A stretch of 64,000 bases of DNA from the NCBI GenBank assembly GCA_964016885.1, contig OZ024762.1, positions 23,064,001 to 23,128,000 of the forward strand. The letters are read 5' to 3'. This stretch comes from Eledone cirrhosa. Its lineage: Eukaryota. Below the pieces are notes generated by a model that searched no databases, was not told the DNA's origin, and was given only the letters and a program-made list of their open reading frames with translations. Both the position numbers and the translations under genes were made by a program. Positions 1 through 12,323 of the stretch are shown piece by piece; position 1 is the first letter of the stretch; each line of letters begins with the position of its first letter.

Positions 1-760
1 GGCGTGGGCGGGAGAGGGCTGTAATGTTAACTTCCTTTTACGTGAAAATTACTATAGAGAAAATACACTGGCGTAGGAAGTCCATTATTATTCGTGGTTC
101 TCAATTGTTTTGTTTTTCTACTTCGTCTCACTCTTTCACTCTTTCACTCATCATTACTGTCTCGACGTTGTTAACGAATGTTTACGAAGTTATATCGGCT
201 GTCCTCGTGTTTTGTAGGCTCGTTGCTGGCTGACGAGACCAACGTAGGTGAAACAAGATCGACCGCTGCACCTTCTTTTTTTTTCGTCCTTTCCCACTTA
301 TTCCTGAGAGTGTCATGGGAGCACAGTCCCCAAGCCCTCCTTCCAGTGGGCCCTGTCATACATACACACATACATACATGATGGCTGCCCCCTCGTTATC
401 GAGTATGACCATTGCACGTTATACCATTATTAATAATTATTAATTAATACTATCGTGCAATGCCTGTGCGTGAATATATTTTTTTTAAGTGAGGAAAGAC
501 TGTGCACTGAGCCAATCCCACCTGATTTGCCTTGTCCTAGAAGAATGTCCTTGACAAAGGTTAGGGGTCCTTCACTCCCAGTGGTTTAACTGCGCGATCG
601 GGTGTCCAGCCCGACCCTTTCTATCTCCCCGCGCATATACATACACATGCACCCATGTATATACACATATACATATACATACATATATATATATATATAT
701 ATAAAAAATAAAAAATAAAAAATATATATATATATATATATTTTTTATTTTTTATTTTTT

Positions 761-812
<52 letters not shown>

Positions 813-816
<4 letters not shown>

Positions 817-934
817 GAAGGAAGTGTGGTAAGTAACCCGGTGGACGATAAAGCACCAAAGTACTCGATACTGGGTAGTTCAGACCTAGCTGTCGAAACG
901 GCCGGAGCTCAGCCGTGGGGATCCTGACTATTTT

Positions 935-938
<4 letters not shown>
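813..938 (-). mobile_element. Family A short fold-back element (tail plus inverted arm) in (TA)n
   Basis: Shares aacgaagga.gtgtggtaag...gtactc.atact and cgaaacggc..gagctcagccgt with 8728, 28617, 34984 and 54421; (TA)n on both sides. Confidence 0.75.
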
Positions 939-973
<35 letters not shown>

Positions 974-1188
974 TTCTTTTTTGTCCACTTAATCCTGAAA
1001 GAGTCGTGAGTGCAAAGTCCTCAAACACTAACTGGGTCTTGTCATAACAAACTTCTCCAACTGATCCGGTTTGATTCCCAGGCGTGACCTGCCTAGATCA
1101 TGAATGATATCTAATCATCTTGCTCGGGGTCTACCCTTGAGTCTCCTACCGGTTGGTTATGCCCGTAAAATATATCCAGCAATTATTT

Positions 1189-1532
1189 CCTGAGACATTC
1201 TAACCCTATGCCCATAGTATCGGAGCTGTGATCTCTCAATTCAGAGAAGTAGCAGCTCTACCTGGAGTGACTTACTGATCTCCAAGCTACAATTTTGTCC
1301 AGTGATCTGTCCTGAGACATTCTAACCACATGTCCATAGTATCGGAGCTGTGATCTCTCAATTCAGAGAAGTAGCAGCTCTACCTGGAGTAACTCTCTGA
1401 TCTCCAAGCTACAATCCTGTCCAGTGATCTGTCCTGAGACATTCTAACCACATGTCCGTAGTATCGGAGCTGTGATCTCTCAATTCAGAGAAGTAGCAGC
1501 TCTACCTGGAGTGACTTACTGATCTCCAAGCT
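1189..1532. repeat. 122-bp tandem repeat, about 2.8 copies
   Basis: cctgagacattctaacc at 1189, 1311 and 1433; a dispersed partial copy lies at 13357-13443. Confidence 0.9.
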
Positions 1533-2578
1533 AAGCATTCTTTCGAGTAACTATCTATAGGGAAAACATATATATTTTGTTGTCCTCTCCGTGGTTTTCC
1601 TCTGCCACGAAATGCCGAAGGCATAGAGGGCCACGTCAGGATTTGAAAGTAAAATCTTAAAGAGGCCATTGCAAAATACCCCCAAAAACTCATTGTTCGA
1701 TGCTCAAACAATTCTGTCAAAAAATCCACCTTCACTGGTCCTTTCCCACCTTCGCTCACCCATTCATTTAGTATTCTATTCAAGTGATTCCTAAATGCCA
1801 TTTTGGTGAGGTGGTCCGGAATATCGGTGGAGTATATCTTAACATTGGAGGAAAATTCGAATCAAGAATATAAAACAAACAAATTAACAAAAACAACAAC
1901 AGGAAAAATAATGAAGTTTTCTAAGTTAAAATATGGCGAACAAATATATTTAGTTGAAAAAAAATATACACAAGAATTATTATTATCATTTTTTTTGTTG
2001 TGAGTGTGTGTAATATTAAATTTATCGTTCAAGAAATTCAAATAAATATTGAATAAGGGTTAATAAATATGAATTTGGAAGGAGATAGAGAATAATGTAG
2101 AGGGAAAAAATTTATAATTTGACTTGCTTGCATTTTTTTCTATTTTATTTGTCGTTTTGTATATTTTGCTTTTATTAGTGTTGGTGATATTGTTGTTGAT
2201 GCAGTTGTTGTTCTTATTGTTGTTGTTGTTCTGTAGCACACAATTCTCAGCCATTCAGTTGGTTATTGTGTACGCGGAAACAAAATCAAAGAAGCAATTC
2301 CTGTATTCGTATAGAAGATGAAAATACAAATAAAAATAAAAACAAAAAAGAAATTAAATTAAGAAATTAAATTAAAAATTAAATTAAAACAATAAGTTCC
2401 AAACCAAACCAAACGAAAGATACAATGGCGGAGATTGTCTTTTATTCAAAGATTCTAAAATTTTGCAACGTAATCGGAAGGCAATAAATGTTTTATTGTA
2501 AATATATTTGCCTTTTGTTTTACAGCTTGCGTATTTCGTTTGCATATTTGTCTTTTAATTATGAGGAAAAATTATTTC

Positions 2579-2616
<38 letters not shown>

Positions 2617-2922
2617 TGGACGTTAATATGTAAATAATGACGAGGAAAAAATATGTAATAATGGTAAAGAGGGAAAGAAGGAGTAAAGAAAGAAAGGAAG
2701 GAAGAAATAAATATTTTAAAAAATCGTAGTCCAAATATGAAAATGTCCAAACAGATTTTGTTACGAGAGAGATACACCTACACACACACGTACACATACA
2801 CATACACACGTACACACACAGCACCTGATCATATCATACATGAGCGAACACAAACATGCATACATATGTACGAAAGCAGGGGTTGTCCTGTGCGATAAAC
2901 GTATTATGTCATGACAAATATT

Positions 2923-3015
<93 letters not shown>

Positions 3016-3274
3016 ATGTATCTGTGTATATATATGTAGTTACACATATATTTATAAAATGTATATATGCGTGTATTATATGTATAATTCAATTTTGGAA
3101 AGTTTGTTGATCAGATAATTCACCAACTTTTGTTGTAAACAGAACTAAAGCACTCTACGGGATGTATTCCTGAAAATGTTATCGATAAGGTATCAACTGG
3201 AGTGTAAATATTATAATAAAAAGAAGAGAGACAGTTTTAGATAAGGCAATCGATGTAAATATATATATATATAG

Positions 3275-3445
3275 TAATTGTTTCTAGTTTTGGCACAAGG
3301 CCAGCAATTACCCAGTGCATTACTGGTACTTTATTTTATCGACCCCGTAAGGATGAAAGGGAAAGGTAACATCGGTAGGATTTGAACTCAGAATGGCAAG
3401 GGCCGTAACGCTATGGGTCAAAGCATGGCGTCCGAACCTCTATAA
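3275..3445 (-). mobile_element. SINE family 1 (tRNA-like B box; core tttgcctttcatcc..ggggtcgataaaataaagtacca)
   Basis: Reverse complement of the consensus seen in more than 10 copies in the window. Confidence 0.85.
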
Positions 3446-3514
3446 TGAGGGTAGATAAGGTTTTGTTGATGTATATCATGAATGCTTAAACAACACTACC
3501 ACAAGCAGTTTTAA

Positions 3515-3625
3515 GCTTTCTGAAGATGTGTGATAAATAATTAAGTATTGCATATGATTGAACAATATATATTGTAGTCAGCATATGTAGACTATTATAA
3601 TAGACCAAGAAACATATGTTAAAGC
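3515..3625 (+). ncRNA. Type I hammerhead ribozyme motif with long stem II insert
   Basis: gcttt-CTGAAGA-(about 80 nt with internal hairpin)-GAAA-catatg-TT-aaagc, then aataaa; base of stem II pairs poorly. Confidence 0.65.
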
Positions 3626-4245
3626 CAATAAAAAAAGTTCTCTCTTTTTTCACCAAAGTCAATATATTTTTCTTGGTGCAACACTTGCATATTCAATATA
3701 GATATGGCTTCTACGGGACTAGAACTGTTTCATTAGAAGGAAATCATGAGGAAAGTCGACTGTCATTATGATATGATGGTATTTATACGTTTCCTGGTGG
3801 TAGAGAAAGGTGGTGATTGGGATAGGTGGAGTTCATTGGGCTAGTGATTATATATATATCCTTTCTGCTAGTCACCCTCTCTCCGCTAGCTCACTTCCTC
3901 CCTCATTCGCCACTGCAAGCAGTCTCTTTTCTGCGCTCACACTGCTACAGTCAATACGTGTCTGTTCTCTCACGTCAAACTTGCCAGGACTTTTGTCGTG
4001 GCGAAAAATTTGTTGCCTTGATATTTTTCCCCTCTTTACGTTGCTTTACTTTTCGTCTCTATTTACGTATTTTTTCTCTCTCTCTCCCTTTTTATCCCAA
4101 TAAATTATTTTAGTTATTAATCGCAAAAGGTAGATGTATCTTGTCTCTAACGCGAAGAAATATCGATGATTCCTAGCAGACAGGTGATGATGGATATTAC
4201 CCTCTTTCACCCGTAACTTTTTATTTTCATTATATATATATAATT

Positions 4246-4270
4246 AGGCCCTTGTGGCCAATAAATAAAA
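4246..4270 (+). mobile_element. 25-bp retroposon 3' stub with 19-bp target-site duplication
   Basis: aggcccttgtggccaataaataaaa flanked by identical tcattatatatatataatt at 4227-4245 and 4271-4289. Confidence 0.7.
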
Positions 4271-4892
4271 TCATTATATATATATAATTTCTTTCCTTCC
4301 GCGCTCATTTTAAACAAACTATTTACGTACACATATTACATTACATAAAAACAAACTTAAACCCTAACTAATTCCTCTAAATTCATAACTCATTCATTCT
4401 TCTCCTTCTTTTCACATTATATCCTTAATATCATTAATATTTTTATTTTAATAATACATATTAATAAATTCTTTTCCTCGCACATATTATTAAACCCTTC
4501 AATATACAAACCTTAATTTAATATTATTCTTAATTCCTTTTTCTTCATGCATAAACCTCATTAACTTTTAATTTCAAAATATTTTAAATTATCTATTATC
4601 TTCCAACGACTTTTTAATTTCTCTCTGTGAGACAATATATATTTTTCTCAGTTGTAACGGCTATCTCTCTCTCTATATATATATATCACCCATCTCTCCT
4701 CCTCTCTCATCATTCCTTCTTATACTCCTCCCCTACCACACTTTACTCTTATTTCTTCCTCTTCCTTACCTTTTCCACCCCCCACCCCTCACTTTTTCCC
4801 AATCTCATACATCAATCTTAATTTATTTTTCATATGTTGATTTAAAACTTCACTATACACAAGTGTTTTTTAAGCTTCATATCATGTCTCCC

Positions 4893-4963
4893 TATTTTAT
4901 CTGATGAGAACGCAGATATCATCCTATGATGATATTTGTTTTTGAAATGCGCATAATAAAATA
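4893..4963 (+). ncRNA. Type I hammerhead ribozyme
   Basis: tattttat-CTGATGA-(about 15-bp stem II, loop ctat)-GAAA-tgcgca-TA-ataaaata; 8-bp stem I, palindromic stem III; ends a CT-rich ~700-bp segment abutting (TA)n. Confidence 0.88.
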
Positions 4964-4998
4964 CTTGGAACTCTTTTAACCATCTTTTGATCTTATAT

Positions 4999-5029
<31 letters not shown>

Positions 5030-5439
5030 GTATATATGTATATACATATATATATACGTATATATATATATATAGGGTCCGTGCATGCAACGCATGCAGT
5101 GCATGCGTTATACAATCTTGAGTTGATCAATTGCGTCGGTTGAAGCAAGCAGAATTTTGGCTGCTTACTAAAACGTATAGGCACAAAAAAATATAACACA
5201 CACACACACACACTAGATAACACTACATGCGGCTTTGACCGGGAGGGTCATTTAGAGGGAATGGGGGCGGGGGGGAAGGCTGCACAGCCCCACTTTCCGC
5301 CATGGCAATTGGACTGTATGCCCTGCTTTCCAGGTTACTCTTCGCCACATATATGTTAGGTAATTCTGAAGGAAAATCAAAGGAAGAAAGAGTGCTCTAT
5401 GTATAGAACAGAGCTATTTAATTACTTGTTCACTTTCTA

Positions 5440-5479
<40 letters not shown>

Positions 5480-5504
5480 CACACAACTATACATTCATTA
5501 CCGG

Positions 5505-5935
5505 TGCCATGAAGAATTTCCTCCTGCAGTTTGCCCACTAAATAACCCCACCTTCCAATCCGGTGTCATCGTCACGTACACCCTATAGAGTTCTGGCTGG
5601 TGCCCCAACACCTCTATACACATCAGATTTCCAGCAAAAACAACAAAACTCTATCAGCAGATTCATTGTGACGCTTCACATGCTCGGCTAATGCGAGCCT
5701 GTTATGTCTTATGAAAGTAGACAGTGCGAAGATGTATGACGTAGAGGGGTTTCTTTGCAACGTGTGTTCTCCAAGTTATGTTTTGGATGTTTCTCTGTAT
5801 CCGGGTGTATGCTCAATTGATCATCATTTTGAGTATTTCTAATAGTGTCCATGACTCGTATCCGCAGAAGAGCGGGAACTAATCAACAGTTGGTTTGAAT
5901 AGCGTCATTTTTGTGACTTTTTAATCGGAGACACA
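5505..5935 (-). pseudogene. Decayed RTE-clade LINE C-terminal fragment
   Basis: Minus strand reads LFCGYESWTL...AYTR...NITWRTH...RLALAEHVKRH with stops and frameshifts, matching RTE LLYGCESWTL...RRL..AGH.RH. Confidence 0.7.
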
Positions 5936-6082
5936 CACATCTTTGACATGTATAAATATTTGTATATATCTATATCTATACATGTATCTATATCTATATA
6001 TGTATCTATATCTATATATGTATCTATATCTATATATTTTTCTAAATCTATATATGTATCTATATCTATATATGTATCTATA

Positions 6083-6115
<33 letters not shown>

Positions 6116-6159
6116 AATTTAAATAAAAGTCAAATGATTAAAATTTAGCTTCGTTTATT

Positions 6160-6214
6160 ACTGCTATATATATTTCAGTGACAGCCATCTTTGGCTGTGA
6201 CCTCTTCAGGCAGT
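6160..6214 (-). ncRNA. Type I hammerhead ribozyme
   Basis: actgc-CTGAAGA-ggtcacagcc aaagat ggctgtcact-GAAA-tatata-TA-gcagt followed by aataaa. Confidence 0.88.
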
Positions 6215-6536
6215 TTGAATTAGTATGGTATAGACAAGTACATATGTTGTTTAGGTGTATAATATTGTCAATACTCTGATATGCCCAGTTCCTTGTTTGG
6301 TTGTTAATTCACTGAGGAACTGGAGTCATAACTCAATATATATATATTAGTAAAAGGAAAAGAAAATGCTGACAAATTTTTCCCATTGAAAAATAGTTTA
6401 ATTAGGAATAAGTATAAATTAGTAATAAGTATTGGTTAGTATTCAGTTTTAGTTTTAAGTTTTTACCGGTTGCGCATTTCTAATGCTTTAATGCTTTTCA
6501 AAAATAATTTTGAGGTAGAGCGTTCGTGATGTTTGC

Positions 6537-6591
<55 letters not shown>

Positions 6592-6596
<5 letters not shown>

Positions 6597-6876
6597 ATAC
6601 TTTGGGAGGGTCATGTTGCCAATAAGAAACACACGCACCAGTTGCTTTCACTTCAATTTAATTTATTAAATATTTATAAATTTACAAATTTATAAATTTC
6701 TGGTTGGTTGGTTGGTTCCACAACAAGATAGTTGTTTATATATATATAGTCATAGTTCTTTCGTCACACACTCTGTGACCTCTTCAGTGACTGTGGATTT
6801 CTTTCTTCGTTTCTGTGCCTTTCCTTTCTTCTATCCTACGCCATTTTGAAAATGGCGTAGGATAGAAGAAAGGAAA
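6592..6876 (-). mobile_element. Family D hammerhead-bearing element with perfect terminal fold-back
   Basis: Terminus tgttatactttgggagggtc shared with 8022, 18071 and 43796; perfect 28-bp arms at 6820-6847 and 6849-6876; (TA)n flanks. Confidence 0.8.
6748..6792 (-). ncRNA. Type I hammerhead motif with an extra nucleotide after A9
   Basis: agtca-CTGAAGA-g-gtcaca gagtg tgtgac-GAAA-gaac-TA-tgact. Confidence 0.78.
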
Positions 6877-6908
6877 TGTGTGTATATATATATATATATA
6901 TATATGTG

Positions 6909-6944
<36 letters not shown>

Positions 6945-7294
6945 TATGTAGATATATATGTATATGTATGTATATATATATTATATATTATATATATAAA
7001 TAACCTAATTTAACCATTATATATTTCCTAACTTACTACAAATTCAGTATCATTAAATATACATACATGCATGTATGTATGTATATATGTGTATATATTA
7101 TATATGGATATATATGTATATATTATATATGCATTGAATAAAACCACAGGAGTCCGGATTGTTAAATATAAATAAGTAATATATATATATATATATATAT
7201 ATAAATGTGTGTGTGTGTGTGTGTATATATATACATACATATATATATATATACACATGTGTGTATGTGTGTGTGTGTGTGTCCGTGTGTATAT

Positions 7295-7369
<75 letters not shown>

Positions 7370-7889
7370 CAAAGAGAGCTGCCTGGAGAGGCGAGGCGAT
7401 ATGGAAATGTGTGAAGTGTTGTGTGTTATAGAAGCGGATATCTAGAAGATAATTAAGTTGTCTGAGAAAGGAACTTCTGATATTTTGCCAGTTCCGACAA
7501 ACGCTTGATTTGCCAAGCAAGAACACACTCGTGATCCAATGATTTCCAATGTCAAATATTCTAAATACAAAGGGGCTCCAAAATTTGGCAACATTTCGAA
7601 AAATGAAAATTAAGTAACATTATATATGTATGAATGAATGTATGTATGTATGTATGTATATATATATATGTATATATATACATATATATATGAGGGTGGA
7701 GTCTTCGACTTGGCCTGAGCATGGACTCAAACTCAAATGAAATGAAATATATATATATATATATAAAGAGAGAGAGAGATAGATATAGATAGATATATAT
7801 ATATACACACATACACAAACACATACATTTACATGTACGTATTTATGAAAAATTCAAAGGTTTATATGATCCATCAACTGAATAATTTA

Positions 7890-7999
<110 letters not shown>

Positions 8000-8021
8000 C
8001 TTATACATATATATATGTATA

Positions 8022-8285
8022 TAGTTATACTTTGGGAGGGCCATGTTGCCAATAAGAAACACACGCACCAGTTGCTTTCACTTCAATTTATTATAAAAAA
8101 ATTATAAATTTCCGGTTGGTTGGTTGGTTTCACAACCAGATGGTTGTTTATATATTGTCAAAGTTCTTTCGTCACACATTCTGTGACCTCTTCAGTGACT
8201 AGGGATTATTTTCTTTGTTTTTTGTGCCTGTCCATTGATCTGTCCTACGCCATCTTGTTTTTGTGCTTCAACACACGTTTTCACA
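8022..8285 (-). mobile_element. Family D copy; hammerhead motif at 8157-8199
   Basis: gtca-CTGAAGA-g-gtcaca gaatg tgtgac-GAAA-gaac-TT-tgac; collinear with the 6592 copy. Confidence 0.78.
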
Positions 8286-8321
8286 TAAAGAATCTTGCTA
8301 AACAAATTCAGAAACGAAATA

Positions 8322-8354
<33 letters not shown>

Positions 8355-8371
8355 GTATATAAATATATACG

Positions 8372-8591
8372 TGAAGGCGCGTGGCTGAGTGGTAAGAGAA
8401 TTGAACTCTCAATCGTGAGGGTGTGAGTTCGATTCCTGGACCGGGCGGTGCGTTATGTCCTTAGGCAAGACACTTTATTTCACGTTGCTCCTTCTACCTG
8501 GAGTTGCGACCGATAGATAGTATTAGCAACTGGAAAGACCAATGGAAACATTGTTTCCTCGGTCCGATTTGACGAAAGTCAATCGACTGTC
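8372..8591 (+). mobile_element. SINE family 2 (tRNA head plus CORE-like ccttaggcaagacacttt)
   Basis: A box tggctgagtgg and B box gagttcgattcc; 3' part shared with 23321-23494. Confidence 0.82.
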
Positions 8592-8606
8592 ATATATATC
8601 TATATA

Positions 8607-8708
<102 letters not shown>

Positions 8709-8727
8709 CATATATATATATATATAT

Positions 8728-8933
8728 TGGAACGAGTAGGACCCCGACGGCTGAGCTCAAGCCGTTTCGAGGGCTAATTCTGTGTGTGTGTGTGTGTAAT
8801 ATGCGTAAGATAGATTAATAATTCTGGACGAAACGTCGGGGTCCTACTCGTTCCCATCTCCCACTCTACTACCCTAAGTATTGAGTACTTTGGTGCGTTA
8901 TGGTCCACCTGGTTCCTTACTACATTTCCTTCG

Positions 8934-8936
<3 letters not shown>
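8728..8936 (+). mobile_element. Family A element, interrupted by a (TG)n-containing insert
   Basis: ggaacgagtaggaccccgacg at the left is the reverse complement of cgtcggggtcctactcgttcc at ~8834-8854; tail continues to ttcgtta then (TA)n. Confidence 0.8.
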
Positions 8937-8961
<25 letters not shown>

Positions 8962-8967
<6 letters not shown>

Positions 8968-10216
8968 GAAGAATGAAGAATACCATGGTTGGCTGTACAA
9001 CAAGGGGCTTTATTTCAGGTATTGACGATTGTTTCATTGATGAGGGGTCGCTAATCGCTCGAAGTTGCGTCACTCGATATAAGATTAGCTGGTCAAAATT
9101 ATCGGTAGCAAGGGCCTACTGCAACAGAATCTCCCACTACACCATAGTTTAAGGTACGATAAGAGCCTGCTTAACAGCAAGATCAATTTTCTTGTAGGCA
9201 TAAAATAGCTACCAGATTCACAAACTTCAAACCACCGTGATTCGAACCAGCAATCCCAAAATTTGAACTGAAACACCTGGATTTTAGCATATTGAATACA
9301 CACCATCATACTGCTTTTAGCTGTCAAACGGTCAACTGGTAACTAGTTAATAAATCTCTTAGCATCTCTTTCCCCCTCTTTCCCTGAAACACCATCACCC
9401 CCATTATGACAAGACAATCAGCATAACATTTAACACACACGTTTGTCAAACCTCCCTTCACCATCCACCCCTAGCCCTTAAATCTCATACTTGTTTTCCC
9501 CAATTAATCTCTAATTTAATGCTTTTTCTTTTTTCTTTTATCTGTCACTACATCAGACTCTACACGTATCTATGCATGTTTCGAATATGACTTTTCATGT
9601 TAGCACTAAACCTACCACAGAATCCTTATAAGAACACTTACTTACCACCAACACAAACATACTCTGTACTTCCATGCTCTCGCTTATCCTTATTTATTTC
9701 TTTATATTTTCCATTTTCTAATTTTCTTACTTTTTTAATGTATCTTTTCTTATCTATTACTTTTTATTTTTGCATCTGTAACTTCTCTACCTGTTTACCA
9801 TATATGTTTTATTATTGATGTTATTGTTTTGATTATACGCTACTCTTCTATATATATCTTGCCTCGAGTGAATTATTTTTATATCTACGTATACTCTGAT
9901 GTGTTGTTCAGAGGTAAATAATGTATTGGAGATCGAGTGACGCAACTTCAAGCGATTAGCGACCCCTGGACTCACCTGATAAATGAAACAATTGTCAATA
10001 CCTGAAATAAAACCCCTTGTTGTACAGCCAACCATGTTACTCTTCATTCTTTCACTATTATTACTCCAAGTATAACCTGCATAAGAATTACCGCGAACTC
10101 GCTGCCTAACTATGGAAGCATCTTGTTGAGTCAAACAAAGCCGTACGTTAAAACTATCCACGACGCAGAGTACTCACAACCTCTAACTGGATTACCTATA
10201 ACGATAACTTGTTATC

Positions 10217-10220
<4 letters not shown>
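8962..10220 (+). mobile_element. 5'-truncated Penelope-like element with inverted 5' arm
   Basis: 8962-9079 is an inverted copy of 9932-10058; GIY-YIG C-terminus at 9078-9240; CT-rich 3' region; degenerate hammerhead 9923-10001 (gtatt...GAAA caattg TC aatac); (TA)n flanks. Confidence 0.8.
9078..9240 (+). pseudogene. Decayed PLE GIY-YIG endonuclease C-terminus
   Basis: YKISWSKLSVARAYCNR...LNSK...SCRHKIATRFTNFKPP* across frameshifts parallels LKWDILSSANAY...LLNDR...CNHKLKAKF in the 10927 ORF. Confidence 0.68.
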
Positions 10221-10274
<54 letters not shown>

Positions 10275-10321
10275 AATGAATAATAACAGGTAGACATCAT
10301 AAAAAGGTAGTTTATTCCGTG

Positions 10322-10433
10322 TGCTTACAAGTGTTTCCACGGTGGTACTGCAGCCTAGTTCCGCTACGTGCAAATTCACAAGTATTTGCAGAACTCGAAT
10401 ATCCAATGCTGTGACCACTGTTTCCTCAGAGCA
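10322..10433 (-). ncRNA. Type I hammerhead motif with extended stem II in the PLE 3' region
   Basis: tgct-CTGAGGA-aacagtggt...accaccgtg-GAAA-cacttg-TA-agca; first pair of stem II is an A.G mismatch. Confidence 0.7.
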
Positions 10434-10926
10434 GAATGGTAAATATACAATGTAAAAACCCTTAAGTGGGGTTGTTGGGGAAGATAGAGTGGAACAGGAA
10501 GAGAGAAAAGTAGGGAAGATGGAGAGAGAAGGAAAGATATGCAGGGGTTGGAGAAGTAGGAGAGAGTGGCTTGTAGATATCTTAATCAAAATGTTATGGT
10601 AGGGGTTTTATTAGTTACTTTTGGAGAGATGCGTAGATAGTTGAGGTCGGAATTATTTATTGCCCCAGAGGTCAAGTTCATAGATGTTGAGAGGGAGGTA
10701 GGTCAAAGGTGAGAGAGAGAGTGTGTAATGGATGTAGAGAGAGATATATAGGTAGAGAGGGGACAGATAAAGTATATGTGGTGAGTGAACTTTTGGTTTT
10801 GTAGTAGTAATCTAGGAATTGTACTGAGTTACCATGTATAGTGATAAGCAGTGTATTGTCTTGTAGTGAGGGGGAGAAGAGAAGGTTGTTAGCTAGAAAG
10901 TGGTGTTGTAGTTACGGGTTCGAATG

Positions 10927-11760
10927 TTAAGTTATTTTATAGTGAGAGAATTTAGCTTTTAGTTTGTGGTTGCAGTATAATGATCGTTCAATTCTATCGT
11001 TAAGTAGTTTGTTTTGGGATTTTAGTATGTAAAATAGCTCAAGGTTATATAACCTGCAGTACTTCAAACCACTCCGATATGCATTTGCGCTGGAAAGTAT
11101 ATCCCATTTTAAGGTGAACTGTTGGTTGTGTTCACGGAGTTGCCAGGTCTTGTTGGCGAGCGTGGTCACAAAACGGTGATTCTGATGTTTGATTGAGAAT
11201 CGATGACGGTACCAGCGAGATTTAAACGATGTGGTGGTAGATCCGATATCATACCATTTCTGGTCGTCCGATTCAACCGTGCATTGGTAAACAATGTTGG
11301 ACTTTAGGCATTCATTCTGCAATGGACATCTTTCAGGTAGATGGCAGTTACATGCTTTGTTGTGGGTAGCGGGTATACCATGGATAGGTTGTGATAGCGG
11401 TACAGGTGGGTTGTGCAATACCCGTCTCCCATTTAGTGGTTGGGAGGCAGATATTGCGTTCTGCCCATCTGTTACTAAAATGTTTTGTTTTGTAGAGTTG
11501 TTTAATTGCCTTAAGTTAAGTTTTTTTATGTATGCTTCAAGGTTTGGTGCCGTGGAGTATGATAGTCTAATAGTTTTGGAGTTCAGAATTTTGCTGTACT
11601 TATGGGAACTAGGGAAGTGTTTATTGATTAATTTAAAGAATGAAAGAGATAGTTTTGTACTAATCGAGGCATTAAAAATAGGATTATACCAGATATACTT
11701 TCTACAACGTGATTTATTTGGTGGTGATCTTCTATTATTAGTATGTCTGGTAGTATAGTG
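10927..11760 (-). CDS. PLE polyprotein C-terminal fragment: post-RT linker, Cys motif and GIY-YIG endonuclease (5' truncated)
   Basis: Frame stays open upstream of the called ORF: RKYIWYNPIF...FFKLINKHFP..HKYSKILN...SYS; CNCHLPERCPLQNEC; NIVYQC...YDIGSTTTSFKSRWYRH. Confidence 0.88.
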   Translation of the reverse strand, partial: HYTTRHTNNRRSPPNKSRCRKYIWYNPIFNASISTKLSLSFFKLINKHFPSSHKYSKILNSKTIRLSYSTAPNLEAYIKKLNLRQLNNSTKQNILVTDGQNAISASQPLNGRRVLHNPPVPLSQPIHGIPATHNKACNCHLPERCPLQNECLKSNIVYQCTVESDDQKWYDIGSTTTSFKSRWYRHRFSIKHQNHRFVTTLANKTWQLREHNQQFTLKWDILSSANAYRSGLKYCRLYNLELFYILKSQNKLLNDRIERSLYCNHKLKAKFSHYKIT

Positions 11761-11893
11761 TGTGTGTGTTTGTGTTTTAGTCCCCCGGTTACGTATACCT
11801 TGATTACGTGTAGAGCTATGTGTGTTGTGGAAATTACTATCGATGTACGTAACCGGTAATTAACCACCACTGCATCTTGGATAATCCTATACC

Positions 11894-11935
<42 letters not shown>

Positions 11936-11938
11936 GTG

Positions 11939-11976
<38 letters not shown>

Positions 11977-11979
<3 letters not shown>

Positions 11980-12314
11980 GAAGTATTTCCGTAGGAAAGG
12001 TAAAAGAAAAGAGAGTGCTCTATGTAGGCTACAGAGCTTTTTAGTTATGTAATAAACAACATAAGATAATTAATTCATTTACCATTGGTTTCTTGAAGAC
12101 AGATATTTATATCTGTCTTCAGTGGTCAGAAAGAATATCATGGAATGTTTATTAAATATGGATTTGAAATGTTTATTAAATATGGATTTCAAATCCATAT
12201 TTAATAAACACCCCATGTTATTCTTTGTGACGACTGAAGACAGATATAGATAACTGCCTTCAAGAAACCAATGGTAAATGAATTAATTATCTTATGTTGT
12301 TTATTACATAACTA
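11977..12314 (-). mobile_element. Family B fold-back element (tail 11977-12041; palindrome 12042-12314)
   Basis: Inverted arms of about 125 bp; hammerhead-like motifs in both arms (12073-12136 minus, 12220-12283 plus); same family as 30795-31120 and a stub at ~5365-5440. Confidence 0.85.
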
Positions 12315-12323
12315 TATATATAT

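Larger units (their letters stand above)
10272..11890 (-). mobile_element. 5'-truncated Penelope-like retroelement (Naiad-like)
   Basis: GIY-YIG frame, CT-rich 3' region, hammerhead and aataaa near the 3' end, (TA)n on both sides. Confidence 0.88.

Noticed and set aside
226-265. Hammerhead CTGACGA-g-acc/ggt-GAAA
   Set aside because: No UH at the expected position and no stem I; at best a decayed copy
1502-1801. 99-aa non-repetitive ORF as a host exon
   Set aside because: No recognisable motif or splice context, and it runs into a tandem repeat
8372-8445. tRNA gene
   Set aside because: A and B boxes only, no cloverleaf; it is a SINE head
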